From Amphiscolops sp. MND2022 (Eukaryota): a stretch of DNA of 64,000 bases. The translations under genes were made by a program, and so were the position numbers. The notes under the pieces are model-generated. The model saw only the letters and a list, made by a program, of their open reading frames with translations, searched no databases and was not told the origin of the DNA. Positions 10,247 through 21,679 of this stretch are shown here, one piece after another; the stretch's first letter is position 1; each line of letters starts with the position of its first letter. The stretch lies in assembly GCA_964187785.1 (NCBI GenBank), contig OZ076409.1, positions 30,196,001 through 30,260,000 of the forward strand. Direction: 5' to 3'.

Positions 10247-12889
10247 CAAAAACTTGTTCCTGAAGATGACGTCCTTCGAAGAATGTTTGTTGCAGCTCTT
10301 CCGCTATTTCGGTTTCAGTGATGGCCAGTGCTCCATTTGCCTTCTTCAGTGGGCCAATCGGACTCTCTTCTGGTTTAAAAATCGTTCTATAGTTCTGCCA
10401 AAAGGATTTTCCTCTGTTGTGATTTAGGAACGTAAGTTTTTCTTGCATCCATTCAGAGGCCTTTTCTGCTAGAAGTTTCTTGAAATCCATCTTGGCAGCT
10501 TCTAATTCGTAACCGTTGCTGTAATTCGAGTGAAACTTGAACTTCTTGCGCAGTTTCCTTAAATTTGAGCTTTTTTCAGTGAGCTCTTGACACCAGAACG
10601 GTTTGCTATGTCTGGAGGTGACTTTCAAGGGAATGCATTTGCTAGTTACTTCATGTATTGCAGCCCTTATTGTGTCCCATCTTGTGTCGAGATTATCAGC
10701 ATCCAAGGTTTTGGCAATAGATTCATCGCATTCCTCTTCTAGGGCACAGGACCTTTTATTTCAGTCCGCTTTTTCGAGCCAAAGTTTTGTCGAACTTCTT
10801 ATTTGTTGATCAGGGACTTGACTGGTAACAAAAACGGGCACGAGACCGCGTTGCGGTGCACCGGTGAAAAGTTCAGTCTCAGTGTCTGTGGTGAGCTGAA
10901 ATTTATGTTTTTTTTTCAAGTGATCCGGTTACAATACAAAGATCTATTACGCTGGAGCCGTTACTGGCTAGGAAGGTTTCTTCTCCATCGTTAACTATGA
11001 TGTCATCGCTTGCGATATTTTCCACCAACATGTCACCATTTTTATTACAAGATGAGTCACCCCAATAGTAGTGCCTGGCATTGCAATCCCTCATGAACAA
11101 CATACCATCCAGGTCAGGTCATGTTTTACTATGAAGTTCGCAACGTTTTCCTTTTGACGAAGAAAACTCGTCATCTGTTCAGTCTGATTAGGTCTCAAGT
11201 AGGTCGTTCCAACGACAATTTTGAGTCCAGCAATTGAGGTTAGTATCCAAGCATTGTCAAAGTCCTCCGCTTCAAGATCACTCAGTCTTGTATTAAAAAT
11301 ATCGTTTCTGATGACCAGTGCTATACCCCCATAAGAACTTTTGCAAGTTGGTTCAGTGTAATAATTGGTGAAAGCGTTCTTCTCAAGGATCTTTTTAGTT
11401 TCATTTAGACAACAAATCATTGGTTTGTGTGTGTTCATGTAGTTGTTCAAAACCACTTGACTGCGGTCACTAATGCCACAAATATTAATCTGCAAGAAGG
11501 ATAAGGTTTTTTCAACCATTTCTGAGAGTCTATCCACTGCATGAGGTGGATGCATTCCTCTCGAGTTTAAAACTAAGGTTAGTTGACGCTGGTACACATC
11601 GCATAATTGATAACTTGCTGGATGGTCGCTGCCGCAATTTGAACATTTTGGCGTCTTTGTTTTGTTCTCGCAATCCTGGAATGAGTGTTCCCCACAGCAA
11701 TGTCCACACTTGGTTTCTGATTTGCAATTTGCGCTCACATGTCCGAACTTCTGGCACTTGAAGCATCGTATGATTTGAATCTCTTTTTGAATGAATGGTG
11801 ATGCGGAGTAATAGATCATATCGATAAACAGACCGTGTTCCAGTGCTTTCTGGACGTCGCCATCCGTTTTAAGCACTAACTTCACTGTTCCCAGGACTGT
11901 TGAATCCCTCTTTACAAATCGAGTTCCTTTCGATCCGTCGAATTGTTCATTCAGTGAATTTTGAATTTCCTTGTCAGTTAATTCTTTTGCTACGCTTTTA
12001 ATGATAACAGCTCTTTTGGGTTTTTCGGTGTTAGTAATTTTTCTCACAATGGACCCCTCCCCCAAGTCTTTCGGTTGCCAACTATCATACACTTCATCCG
12101 CCTCTTCCTTTGATGCAAACTCTAGATGGATATTTCCTCTTGTGGTGTTGAAAGCCTACATTAGTCGTTTCAACGGGTAGTGTTTGGCAAAATCTTTTTT
12201 AATCTGAATACTGCTTGTGAATTGTTTTGTTTTCACAACTATGAGGATGTTTTCAGGTTTTCGTTGTCGTTGTTTTTCAGCTGTATGAGTTTTTGACTTT
12301 CGAGGATGACCTAATGCACTAGCATAGGAGGCATGGTTTGTCTGCGGTGCGAGCACTCTCGACTCTTGCCCTGCCAAATTCTGCTGTATAGTAGAATTCG
12401 TTTCGGTGCAAATGTCTCTGAGTTCGTCAAATCGATTTGAGGTCTCCGTAATCAGAGCTTCATTTCGGGTGATGCTTTGAGACATGGTCTCTTTGATAGT
12501 TGTCATACAGTTTTCTATGTTAGCTTTTATGTTTGCAAGTCCACATTGGAGTGTTCCTTTTATTGTTGGATGACATGATGTGCAGAACCACATTGCTCCG
12601 TCTGTTTGCCCAAGTAGTTCAATTTTTTTCGAAAGTTGTGCACATGAACCATGAGTCAAATTTCCACATGAATCACAGAAAATAGAGGGATGAGAACCAA
12701 CGGGAGTGGAACATGAACCGCAGAGTCTATTTTTGTTGACTTTCCTTTTATTTCGGTCACTCATTTCGGTTACTCAATACAAAGCTGAAGGATATGTGAC
12801 ACTTACAAGACCAAGCACTATAACCACGGTAACAAAACCAGGTCACTGTGCTTAGTCTCAAAGGTCACACAAAGGAGACTGAAAGACAC

Positions 12890-13482
12890 TTACTGGTTCC
12901 GACTTTTTTTCTGGCTTCTTCGGCTTCTCTTCGACAGCCTCTTGTTGGGGTGCCGCTGTTGCGTAAGTCTTTCAAGGTTCCTCAGATTGTGAGATATCAC
13001 TCGAAATGTTTTGAGTTCGACGTTGGGTTTCTGATGAAGTTGAGAATATTCAGCAAAAATTTTGGGGAGTCGTCTTTTATTCTTTGGCAGAAGATCTCTG
13101 ACAATATTGATGATGAGGATTCCAGATTTCTTCAGCTGCTGATAGATGTGTTCAGTGTTTGTCTTTTGACAGTAAACGATGGCTACAATTTGATTCCGAT
13201 ATAATGACAGGTTTTGAAGGAGTTCATCCAACGAAAGAGGCCTGTTGTTGTTAGTAGCGTGCTCGAAAATTGAATTGCTTATAATTCATGCCAGATCAAA
13301 ATTTCATGATGTGGCAGGAACTTTGATAGTTGATATTGAACTGTTTTGCGTGTGTTCACTGAATGAGTGTTGAAGCTCAAGCCGGGTATAGCACGAACAC
13401 GTTGAGATAGCTGTTGCTGCTGTTGTTTCGGTAGATTTCTCAGGGCGTGATGAAGGGAGCTTGCGCCAAGGATGAAAAACAT
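12890..13482 (-). pseudogene. ~197-aa ORF with one frameshift (possible SGNH-like fold), preceded by a leader-like motif
   Basis: MFFILGASSLHHAL...AIPGLSFN...ILIWHE / ISNSIFEHATNNNRPLSLDELL...IVAIVYCQ...EYSQLHQ...basic tail; two ORF-track fragments join across a frameshift near 13280. Confidence 0.55.
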
Positions 13483-13534
13483 GTACGAAACAATCAATCA
13501 AGTATCTGAAATCACACGTGATAAACTTATTAAA

Positions 13535-13560
13535 TTTAATAAGTTTATCACAACAATTAG
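13535..13560 (-). other. Spliced-leader-like motif (relic) with inverted partial duplication
   Basis: CTAATTGTTGTGATAAACTTATTAAA on the minus strand; shares a 20-nt core with 43869-43899; 13518-13551 is a perfect 34-bp palindrome. Confidence 0.6.
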
Positions 13561-13718
13561 ATCGAATCTAACAATTTTTGGACATGTTTTCAATTTTAAA
13601 ATGGTAATTTACATGTTGTTTTTATCAGCTCAATATGAATGCCTTGATGTATTCGAAAGTCTGTTGGAAATGGTTGAATTTTGGATTGGATTGTTTATAT
13701 TGATGATTGTTCGTGCAG

Positions 13719-13923
13719 ATAGTTCTTCCTGAGTTGGCCGTATTGCGCTTCGGGGTCTACGACGAGGGAGGCAAGCTACTGGGCCAGAGGGTGCTGCCCC
13801 TGGAGGGCCTGCAGTCCGGCTACAGGCACATCTCACTGCGCACCGAGGGAAACATTCCGCTCTCTCTTCCTGCCCTCTTCTGCCACATCGTCCTCAAGAC
13901 TTACGTCCCCGAGGGATACTCAG
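13719..13923 (+). CDS. PLCB4: PLC-beta exon, C2 domain C-terminal half
   Basis: tgcag acceptor, CAG/gttaca donor (phase 1); [70 protein letters not shown]-rich relative to flanks. Confidence 0.96.
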
Positions 13924-14446
13924 GTTACACTCTACTCTCTTAAACCCAATCTCATGCCAAGACTAAAATTATTGGATTGTCTGGAAGGAATGACACTCAC
14001 TTCCACTCTATTGTATAATTGAGAAGCTATTTCATTCATATCCCTAAATTTTTTGTTCCTATCAAAGTTTTGACACCGCTTCTCGTGAAGTGTAATCTTG
14101 CTTCATCTATTGTTTAATGTCTCGATGTGCCGCAAAGCTGAGAAGACGCCAATGTCATATTAGCAACTGGTGCTGATGTTACTAATCTCGAAAAGTGAAA
14201 CAGAAACAAGAAATATCAAGTGTGGAACAAACCAAAGTTCTAAATTATATAATGTTTTTGTAGAAAATTTATCACGAACTTTTGAAAGTTCCGTTACATA
14301 ATCTGAAGATTGACAGTCCTAATCAGCGGCTGCGCATGAGTTTTTCGGCAATTTCACTACCCATTCAAATCAGCGCCAATCGGAATAGGGGTTTTGAAAT
14401 TATATGTTGAGCGATTAGCGTATCTTTAACCCTAAGCGATTTTTAA

Positions 14447-14970
14447 CCCTAAGTTGACCAGGAAAATTCTGGATCCATCCAAAAATCGATTGCTTAAACT
14501 TTAAACCGCAATATCTTCTAAACTATTCAAGTCCGACAAACGATTCATAGCGCGCTCAAAAGAAGGCATTCAGAGCTTTCAATTTGATTTTTGAACTGAT
14601 GGGCTGGGGGCCCGCACTGGCTCCGAACTTTGCGCCAAAACTTTGCACGCGTCGTGTCTCTGATTGCTTTTCAGCATGTTTCAAAACATGCTGGGGCCGC
14701 TTGGACGCAATTTTGATACCAGTGCGATAAAAGGGCCACAAACGAAAACAGGAAAAACGGAAGAAAAGCTGCGCTCCATTTTTTTGATTTTTTGGTCCTA
14801 TTTTCTTGATTTGGAAGACATCATGTCAATATTCCGTGAAAACGTTCGGAATGCTATGCAATATCGTCTGAAAATCTTATTCAAAGTTTTTTTACCATAC
14901 AATCAGCTACTGCGTTTAGAAGTTTGCAGAAACTTAATGTGCCGAATTCGTACCATTGGTCAAGTTAGGG
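14447..14970. mobile_element. piggyBac-type MITE
   Basis: TTAA on both sides; TIRs CCCTAAGTTGACCA / TGGTCAAGTTAGGG; related 5'-truncated copy at ~37470-37887. Confidence 0.85.
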
Positions 14971-15257
14971 TTAAAAGTGTCGACTCCCTTAAAAGAGCCC
15001 CTCCCCTAATAGTGGAGCATGTCTTCACTGACCATGTTGCGATGTATCACCATAATGAATGTACAGACCACCGTTTATCAAGATCCCCTGTGTATTTTTT
15101 CAATCAAACCCTTTCCCATTACTACCCTCGGCAAATTCAAGAACCAGAAAAATGTAGTCCTGAATATTTTCAGCTTGTGTTTTCAATCACGGCCAGATTG
15201 CCCAAAGAGCAATGATAACAAAAGCTTCTTAATGATTTAGATGCTACTTCATTTTAG

Positions 15258-15587
15258 ACTTCGTGGACGCCCTGTCGGACCCACAAGCTCAGTCACGACT
15301 CAACTCATTGGCGGGAGCAGCTAGCATTCACAACTCATCAAGTGTCTCGTCTTCGAATTACGGCGCCTACTCACACCAGGACTCCTCGAACAGCGAAAAC
15401 CCTGCCTTTTCATCTTCTACAGCATCCTCCTCCACTGTGACTGCCTCCTTGTGTCGCACCTTGAGCAGGACGGCCTCCAACGCCCAGAATGCCATGGGCA
15501 TGTCTTCAGGGATAGGCAGTGGCGCAGTTGGGGCAGGTATGGGAGACAAGTCACAAGGTGCTGATGGCTGTCCTCCACTTTCTGTAG
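15258..15587 (+). CDS. PLCB4: PLC-beta exon, proximal C-terminal domain (DFVDALSDP) plus Ser/Gly-rich linker
   Basis: attttag acceptor in phase 1 gives DFVDALSDP, matching PLC-beta after C2. Ends at a phase-1 AG/gcaagt GC donor at 15587 or an alternative CAG/gtatgg donor at 15536. Confidence 0.85.
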
Positions 15588-15891
15588 GCAAGTTTAATCA
15601 AAACCTCAATCAAACTTTTAATGGCAAAGATGGGTCAAAGTTAGATGTGTTTTTCATGCTATCTAAAGTGGGGCATTCAAAAACCTGCAAAATGACACTT
15701 CGAGCATTCGATAAATTCAGCATTGTGACTTGAGATCATAAGAATGACACTGACGCAAAAAGTCCAAGTGTTTGTCTGTTTGTACCAATATTCAGTTGAA
15801 AACCTGCATTTTAACTTGTTACTTATTTTGTTACTTGGAACCATTGTTACAAAAACGTAGAAGCAGGGTTTTATTTTGTTTGTTGCTGTAG

Positions 15892-16016
15892 TTGTAGACT
15901 TGCCGAGTGACTCTGACACAGACACAATAAAAAACAACAAATCATATCAGCAGTTGCTCAGAAAGCACGCCAAGGAGATGGACGCTTTCGACAAACAAGT
16001 GGCAAAAACCATCGAG
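15892..16016 (+). CDS. PLCB4: PLC-beta exon, start of distal C-terminal coiled coil
   Basis: Two in-phase acceptors (exon start 15892 or 15898), GAG/gtaaca donor; ...TIKNNKSYQQLLRKHAKEMDAFDKQVAKTIE resembles the PLC-beta K.Y.K..KK..KE helix. Confidence 0.85.
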
Positions 16017-17079
16017 GTAACAACTTTTTTCAGTTGACCTAATGCATTTGTTCTGTCGCATTATCTATTCAATCAAAGTTTAATTTGGTTTATTTCGTTC
16101 CGAGATCAGAAACTGGACACCAACACCCCGTAGATTAAGAAACATAATTTGAACTGTTCAGTCAGTTATGCGATAATGTGTAATTGGCATATTTCGGAAT
16201 TCGAAGCCTATTTCACACGCGCTAGGAAATAACTTGAAACCAATGAAATTCCAGCACCTATGCGAACCCAATGATCTCAAGATCCTACAGTGACCAGTTC
16301 TTTCTCCAGCTTCACACAACTGTCCACTATTTTGTGTTCAATTTGTTCAGCCTCACATCTATCTGAAACAAGTCTGAAACGCATTCAATATGCGTTCACG
16401 CCGTTTACGGTCCCCCTTTTGTGTTTTTCACTGATGTTTTGCAGATTTAAGAAACAGTTTAGCTTTTTTTAAAATAAAAAACAGTTCTCGCTCTTTTCAA
16501 CCTTCCGCCTTTGTTGGTTTATTACGACCGAGGATTTTTCCTGAAGGTGTTTCTGTTAGCTATTGTTAGCAATTTTTTGTCCTTTCAAAATGGAGAACAT
16601 TCAAACGGTCAAACGTCAAAATGGAAAAATTTCTTCCTATTGAAAGAAATTCTCTCACAAAGTTTTTGCAGTGTTTGGCTTTCAATCAAACTTTTTCCGG
16701 AAAGCTTAGAATTATTTGAGTGAAGCCCATTTTGGCGTTTGTATTCATTGTCGAGAAATAGTGGTCCAAAAGAAGCACTAACTGCAAAAGTGTCCAATTT
16801 TGACAATTCTCGAAATTTCACATTTTTCACTCTATTTCTTTGGCTGTGAATCATTTACGTTGTCAGATGGTGTTTAGAAAATGAAGATACTGGCTCTCTA
16901 TTTGACTTTCTCCAAAAGATTACCCTCTTTTATATTCTGAAGTTTTTAAAATTGAAGAATTTTGTGAAAATGAATTATTACTATGCGCTTAATATATTTT
17001 AAACGCTGAGTATAATTTTGAACGCTTGTTTAACTGTTTTGAGTTTTCTAAAAGTTTTTGTGTTGAATTTTGTGTTCAG

Positions 17080-17236
17080 GCTGGCTCCTCGAGTGGGGCC
17101 TCACACTACTTGAAGAGATTCGCGGCTTCTACCAGGTTCAGTTTCCGCAAAAAGAAATCTTCTTGTTTCTCCAACATCAGCACCGTCACCACTGCTGAAG
17201 GTACCGCAACTGCTGGTCATACCACAACTGCAGAAA
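17080..17236 (+). CDS. PLCB4: PLC-beta exon, CTD linker (probable)
   Basis: gttcag acceptor in phase 0; open and GC-richer: AGSSSGASHYLKRFAASTRFSFRKKKSSCFSNISTVTTAEGTATAGHTTTAE; phase-1 donor a/gttcgt matches the next exon (an earlier GAAG/gtaccg donor is also phase 1). Confidence 0.7.
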
Positions 17237-18170
17237 GTTCGTATCATTGATCCATTTCATCTTCACACGTTGCATTATCAAGGAAGGCGTCAATTCTTAC
17301 AAATAACCTCATGGTATTACCGCGCATTTTAGTATTTGTAGCATCGATAGAAACCATTGTACTCATAATTCTACCACTGCCGTTCGGGGGGTTCGTTCAT
17401 GACAATTAAGCAACAAACAGAAAGGGAATTGTTGCTGTCGGATAACAATCCGACAAAAAGTACTCATTTCTGTTCCATTTTTTGTCGTCCTTTTCCGGAG
17501 ACAATGCATGGATTTTATAATGGCTAGTTTTTTCTTCAGTGCACCTCGTTCAATGTTTTCAAAAGAAAGCCTTTAGACATATATCAGCATACAGCATGTA
17601 TACAGTACTGCGATTAAGAAATCGTCCCCCTATGCCCTGAACGTCGTTATCAACCAATTAAAGTTGCTTATTTGCTTTCACTTTCACTTTTAAGTTTGAT
17701 TAGCGCATCAAGTGAACTCTCAGGCGCAGAAAGAACACTTCCGTCATTTTCCCGGATTTTAGCAGGTTTCTGGAATTTTTTTCTAAAAATTTTATATTCA
17801 TCGGATTTTGCAGATTGTATAGATTTCAATGATATATTTTTTGTTTCAGAAACATTCTAAATGGAAAAATAATGCCATTTTTCACCGCTAAAACTCAATT
17901 TTCTATCTTAATACATGTAAATCGATAAATCTTTACCTCCCGAGCCTGATATTTGGAAAACGGTTGATAATTTTTGAAATCGAAAAAATCCATAGATTCA
18001 GTAGATTTGTAGATTTGTGGGAGTTTATTTGAGCATAAAATTTGCCAAAAACTATGGATGAAACGGTCAAACTTTGGAAAAACGGAAAAAATGTCCCAAA
18101 TTTGCTCAGAATAAGCTATTTACAACTCAATTTTTATCCTACAAATTTTAAAAGAAATACTACACCCTGT

Positions 18171-18523
18171 TTTTTTAGTCGGCGCTTTTCGTAGAAAAGG
18201 CAGACTATTGCAGTGACTTTTTTAAAGACCAACGAAGTGACAGATTTTATAAGCTTTATAAGCTGACTTGAACTAACACTAAATGCCACACTACTTCTAG
18301 TGGCACTTGAGATAGAGGTTAATTAGGCATTTTTGAGGTCCCCTTTTACATTTTTCGGCACCAGGCGACTTACCGGGGACCAAACAAAATTTTGAAAAAA
18401 ATCGATTTTTTTCAATTGTTTCCTCATGTGGGTACTGTAGCAGAGAATACTTGACACTTTGAAGTCCTTTTGCTATTTTTGAGCCTTAGATATGGCGCCG
18501 ACTTGGGCCGTTCCCGGCGTGTT
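18171..18523 (+). mobile_element. HINE/DINE-like element, family A
   Basis: TTTTTAGTCGGCGC 5' sub-TIR with hairpin, GCGCCGACT 3' sub-TIR followed by a GC-rich hairpin and GTT; near-identical inverted copy at 57971-58320. Confidence 0.82.
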
Positions 18524-18819
18524 TATAAGAACGCCAGCATCAAAAAGTCAAAAAATTAAGAACATTTTAAGAACACTACCGAGGCTCAAATTGAAAATCA
18601 ATTTCAAACAACTTCTAATTCCATCAAAGAAATCAACATCAGCACCTCCAATTCCAGAGGGACTAATATAGTCAATTAAGTTATCCAATTTTATATTCTA
18701 TCCGGTTTCTGTTGTAGTATAGATTTTTTTAAAATACTGTAATGTAAACTAGATGAGATTCTGAGAAACTTTCATTTCGGACGTTTTTCAAAATTTTCGA
18801 GAAATCAATTTCGAAAAAA

Positions 18820-19414
18820 TCGAGCCTAAAATCGCCCCGCTCAAGGTTCAAAAAAGTATAGATTTACATATGCAAAGTACTTTTGATAAAATTTCATACA
18901 TTTTACAGTGCCAAATTATACCTCAAGGGATACACATAAGACTCGAAAATCACTTTTCCACAACTGGAGACAACAAAACCTCTCAAAAAACTACAAATTG
19001 AGAAAAGTTTTTTCCGAAATTTCGAAAAAAAAATTGAAGTCTTCGGTAAGTCGCATAGTGCCGGAAAATGTAAAAGGGGGGACCCTTTGGAATGTTTTGA
19101 ACATCCATTCTGTTGCAAAATATCAAAAACTTCAAAAACTTGAAGGGGGAAAACTTTGGAGACATTAAAAAAAATTGCGAAAAAAGTCTCAAAGCCGAAA
19201 TAACATACACAAAAAAATTGGTCAAGGGCGAGACTCTAACCCACGTCCTTCTGCTTCGCAGACCTCAAAAAATCCTGATTAACCTCTATGCCAAGTGGCA
19301 GTAGAAGTTACGAGTTTAGTGGCAGCAACAGCTTGTAAAATCTGTCACATCGTTGGTCTTTTAAAAAAGCCAGTGCTATAGTCTGCGTTTACTACGAAAA
19401 GCGCCGACTAAAAA
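18820..19414 (-). mobile_element. HINE/DINE-like element, family A, with partial tRNA-like segment
   Basis: Ends gcgccgactaaaaa; same internal sub-repeats as other copies; B-box-like GGGTTAGAGTCTC on the minus strand near 19230-19242. Left boundary approximate. Confidence 0.7.
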
Positions 19415-20486
19415 TGAAATCAATTCAGTCATCATAAATCTATAATTTCCACAGCAAGACTGGTTGTATGACGCGGCCTTCCTCCTTCCGGGGCACGGGC
19501 TTCGCGCCCCTACAGTACGGCCTTCGTCAAAAGTAGTCTCTAGACCGGTTGCGGCACGTCGCTCCGCTTCGCTCTTGTATTTAAGTCACTAAATCAAAAT
19601 GGTATTAAAATTGAATGGTAATAAATATCAAAATGATATTTTTGTGGGAGGATTCATTATTTGCAAACCTATAGCTCAAATGCCCAACTAAATTGTAGAA
19701 TGTTTGTTAACTTGATTTTCGAAAACCCTTCATGATAGAAGAAGTTGTTTTTATCCAATTTTTTTCCAACATTAAAGCTGTTTATTTCTTATATTATTGT
19801 ACGTTTAAAAGAGTGTTATTAGCAACCATAACTACGGTTGTGCACAAATACAAGCCAAAAGTCAGCTCAGTTCTGAATTAATATTACCTGAAAATGGCCC
19901 TTCGTTGACACAAAATTTTGAAACATTTTTGTAGACTAGATAAAAATTCAAGAAACTTTAATTCTTACTTGTTTCCAATGGTGGCGTTGCTTTTTTTGCG
20001 AATCGTGGTCAAAATTACGTTATAATTTCTGATGAGTTATAGTACCTTACGATATTATAGTATTATAGTAATTTACGCTAGAAATTTACATTATCAAACA
20101 TTCGCAATCAGATTTGTTTCCGTTGAGAGAAAATGAAACTGTTTGGTGAAACTAATTTGGTTTTTTGTGTTACTTGCTCTTATTGTATTTGGAAGTCCAC
20201 CCTGAATTTTTTTGGCGATCGTGAGTTGACTCGAGTTCTAAAATATTCTCTGAGAGCTTTTGAACTCATTAGAACAATATTCTTTCACCTTACTGGTAGC
20301 ATTCTTTTGTAAAAAAAAACAAAACACTAGATTCCGCTTGTTAAATAAAAATCAAAACAATTTCATTTACAAGAGGTAGTGTACCTAACAATAGTAACAA
20401 ATTCAGTTTTAAGCTTTAGACAGCGCAGCAGGGACAATTTACGGCAAAGGGTATTTTTTTGAAAAAATATGATAGTTGTCTGTTTC

Positions 20487-21424
20487 CAGGGCCTCCGTAA
20501 AAATAATTGGCATACTATGTTGTATGTTCCCTCAATTATTTCCATTAATTAGGCTGTGAAATAAATTACTTCCATAAATCTTGGTTAAAAATAAATAATT
20601 GCAATAATTGTAAATTGGCAAAAACTAATTCACAAAATTTTTTATTCAAGTTCGGCTTTCAAAAAGTCTTAAGGAATAGAATTTTAGTAGTGTACAAACT
20701 TTGATTGGATGATGCAATACAATACGTCAGCCACAAGATAAACAAACTACTGCGTCATGCGTCTGATGAAAGGAATACCCCAAACATGGCGGGGGCTTCC
20801 CACGAAGCAGAATATTCACTAAGCCGAAAAAACGAACGTATTCAGTAAGCCGAAAAAACGAAAGTATTCACTAAGCCGAAAAAACGAAAGTATTCACTAA
20901 GCCGAAAAAACGAAAGTATTCACTAAGCCGAAAATTACGTAGCACTGTATAATTTTTTGCAATCTGATTGGCTGACGCGGGCGGACCGGAACGAAGTCCG
21001 TTCCAAAATTTTTTTAAAAAATGAAATTTTCAATTTCCCCCAGTCAGCTATGTTCACATACTCCTAGTGCCCTAAATGCAGGAGCGAAGCGAAGCGGAGC
21101 GACGTACCATTTGGCCATGCCTCAATGTTGCTACCTGGAGAAGGGAGCGAAGCGACCGAGCCATACAACAAATATTCTAACCTATTCAAATAAATCAAGT
21201 TCCATACATATTGGCTGTAACAGTATACATTTCATTGTATTTTTCGGCTTAGTGAATATTCTGCTTCGTGACACCCCACCAACATGGCTGAAATGAAAGT
21301 ACAATTATTCCGTAAATCATTTCCATATTAAAGGTCTGAAAATGAATTATATCCATAATTAGTTACATGAAATAACTTATTTATGGCAATTTTTCACTTA
21401 GCAATTATTTTTACGGAGGTCCTG
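20487..21424. mobile_element. hAT-type MITE with 8-bp TSD, containing a nested MITE
   Basis: TIRs CAGGGCCTCCGTAAAAATAATTG / CAATTATTTTTACGGAGGTCCTG; TSD TCTGTTTC at 20479-20486 and 21425-21432. Confidence 0.9.
20801..21270. mobile_element. Nested MITE with 30-bp TIRs and a TIR-derived 26-bp tandem array
   Basis: CACGAAGCAGAATATTCACTAAGCCGAAAA and its exact reverse complement at 21241-21270; ~4.7 copies of GTATTCACTAAGCCGAAAAAACGAAA at 20813-20935. Confidence 0.8.
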
Positions 21425-21679
21425 TCTGTTTCCTATTCAGCGGTGGATTAATTTTAACAATCGCGTCGTTAAGTGTTATTAACAACGTTAACACGTGTTA
21501 GAAATGCATGTTCGAAGTGATTTTCAGAAATCGTCCGCTCAAATTCAAGCAACTAGTAATAATTCCATATGTACTAGCTGCAATATGTAAATTTTGTATT
21601 GCTTTCAGATAATGTATGGCCATAAACGTGATGCAGTTTGGAGTGAATATTCAGAAATAGCACTCGGAAGAGTTAAATG

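Larger units (their letters stand above)
7075..12881 (-). mobile_element. Full-length I/Jockey-group LINE (ORF1 PHD + CCHC knuckles; ORF2 APE + RT + C-terminal CCHC), interrupted by a HINE
   Basis: Starts TCAGT at ~12881; ORF1 12764-~11520 (CGSC..CDSC..H..C..WFCTSC; CFKCQKFGH..C, CGHCCGEH...C, CSNCGSDH); endonuclease (QINICG, CLNET, D.NA.H..WG, SVIDL); RT (YRPLTISS, QEGFR, DLEKAFD, GLPQGSVLSPTLF, KFADD); TA-rich 3' end near 7080. Confidence 0.93.

Noticed and set aside
14425..14452. Telomeric TAACCC repeats
   Set aside because: Only two non-tandem units, explained by a piggyBac TIR plus TTAA and a short duplication.
14664..15215. 183-aa ORF as a gene
   Set aside because: Runs across a MITE and its flank, has no recognisable domain, and lies in an intron.
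20722..20790. Hammerhead ribozyme core (CTGATGA...)
   Set aside because: The required GAAA after stem II is CAAA, and I could not form stems I and III.
20813..20935. CRISPR-like regular repeats
   Set aside because: Units are head-to-tail with no unique spacers, derive from a MITE TIR, and the context is eukaryotic with no cas genes.
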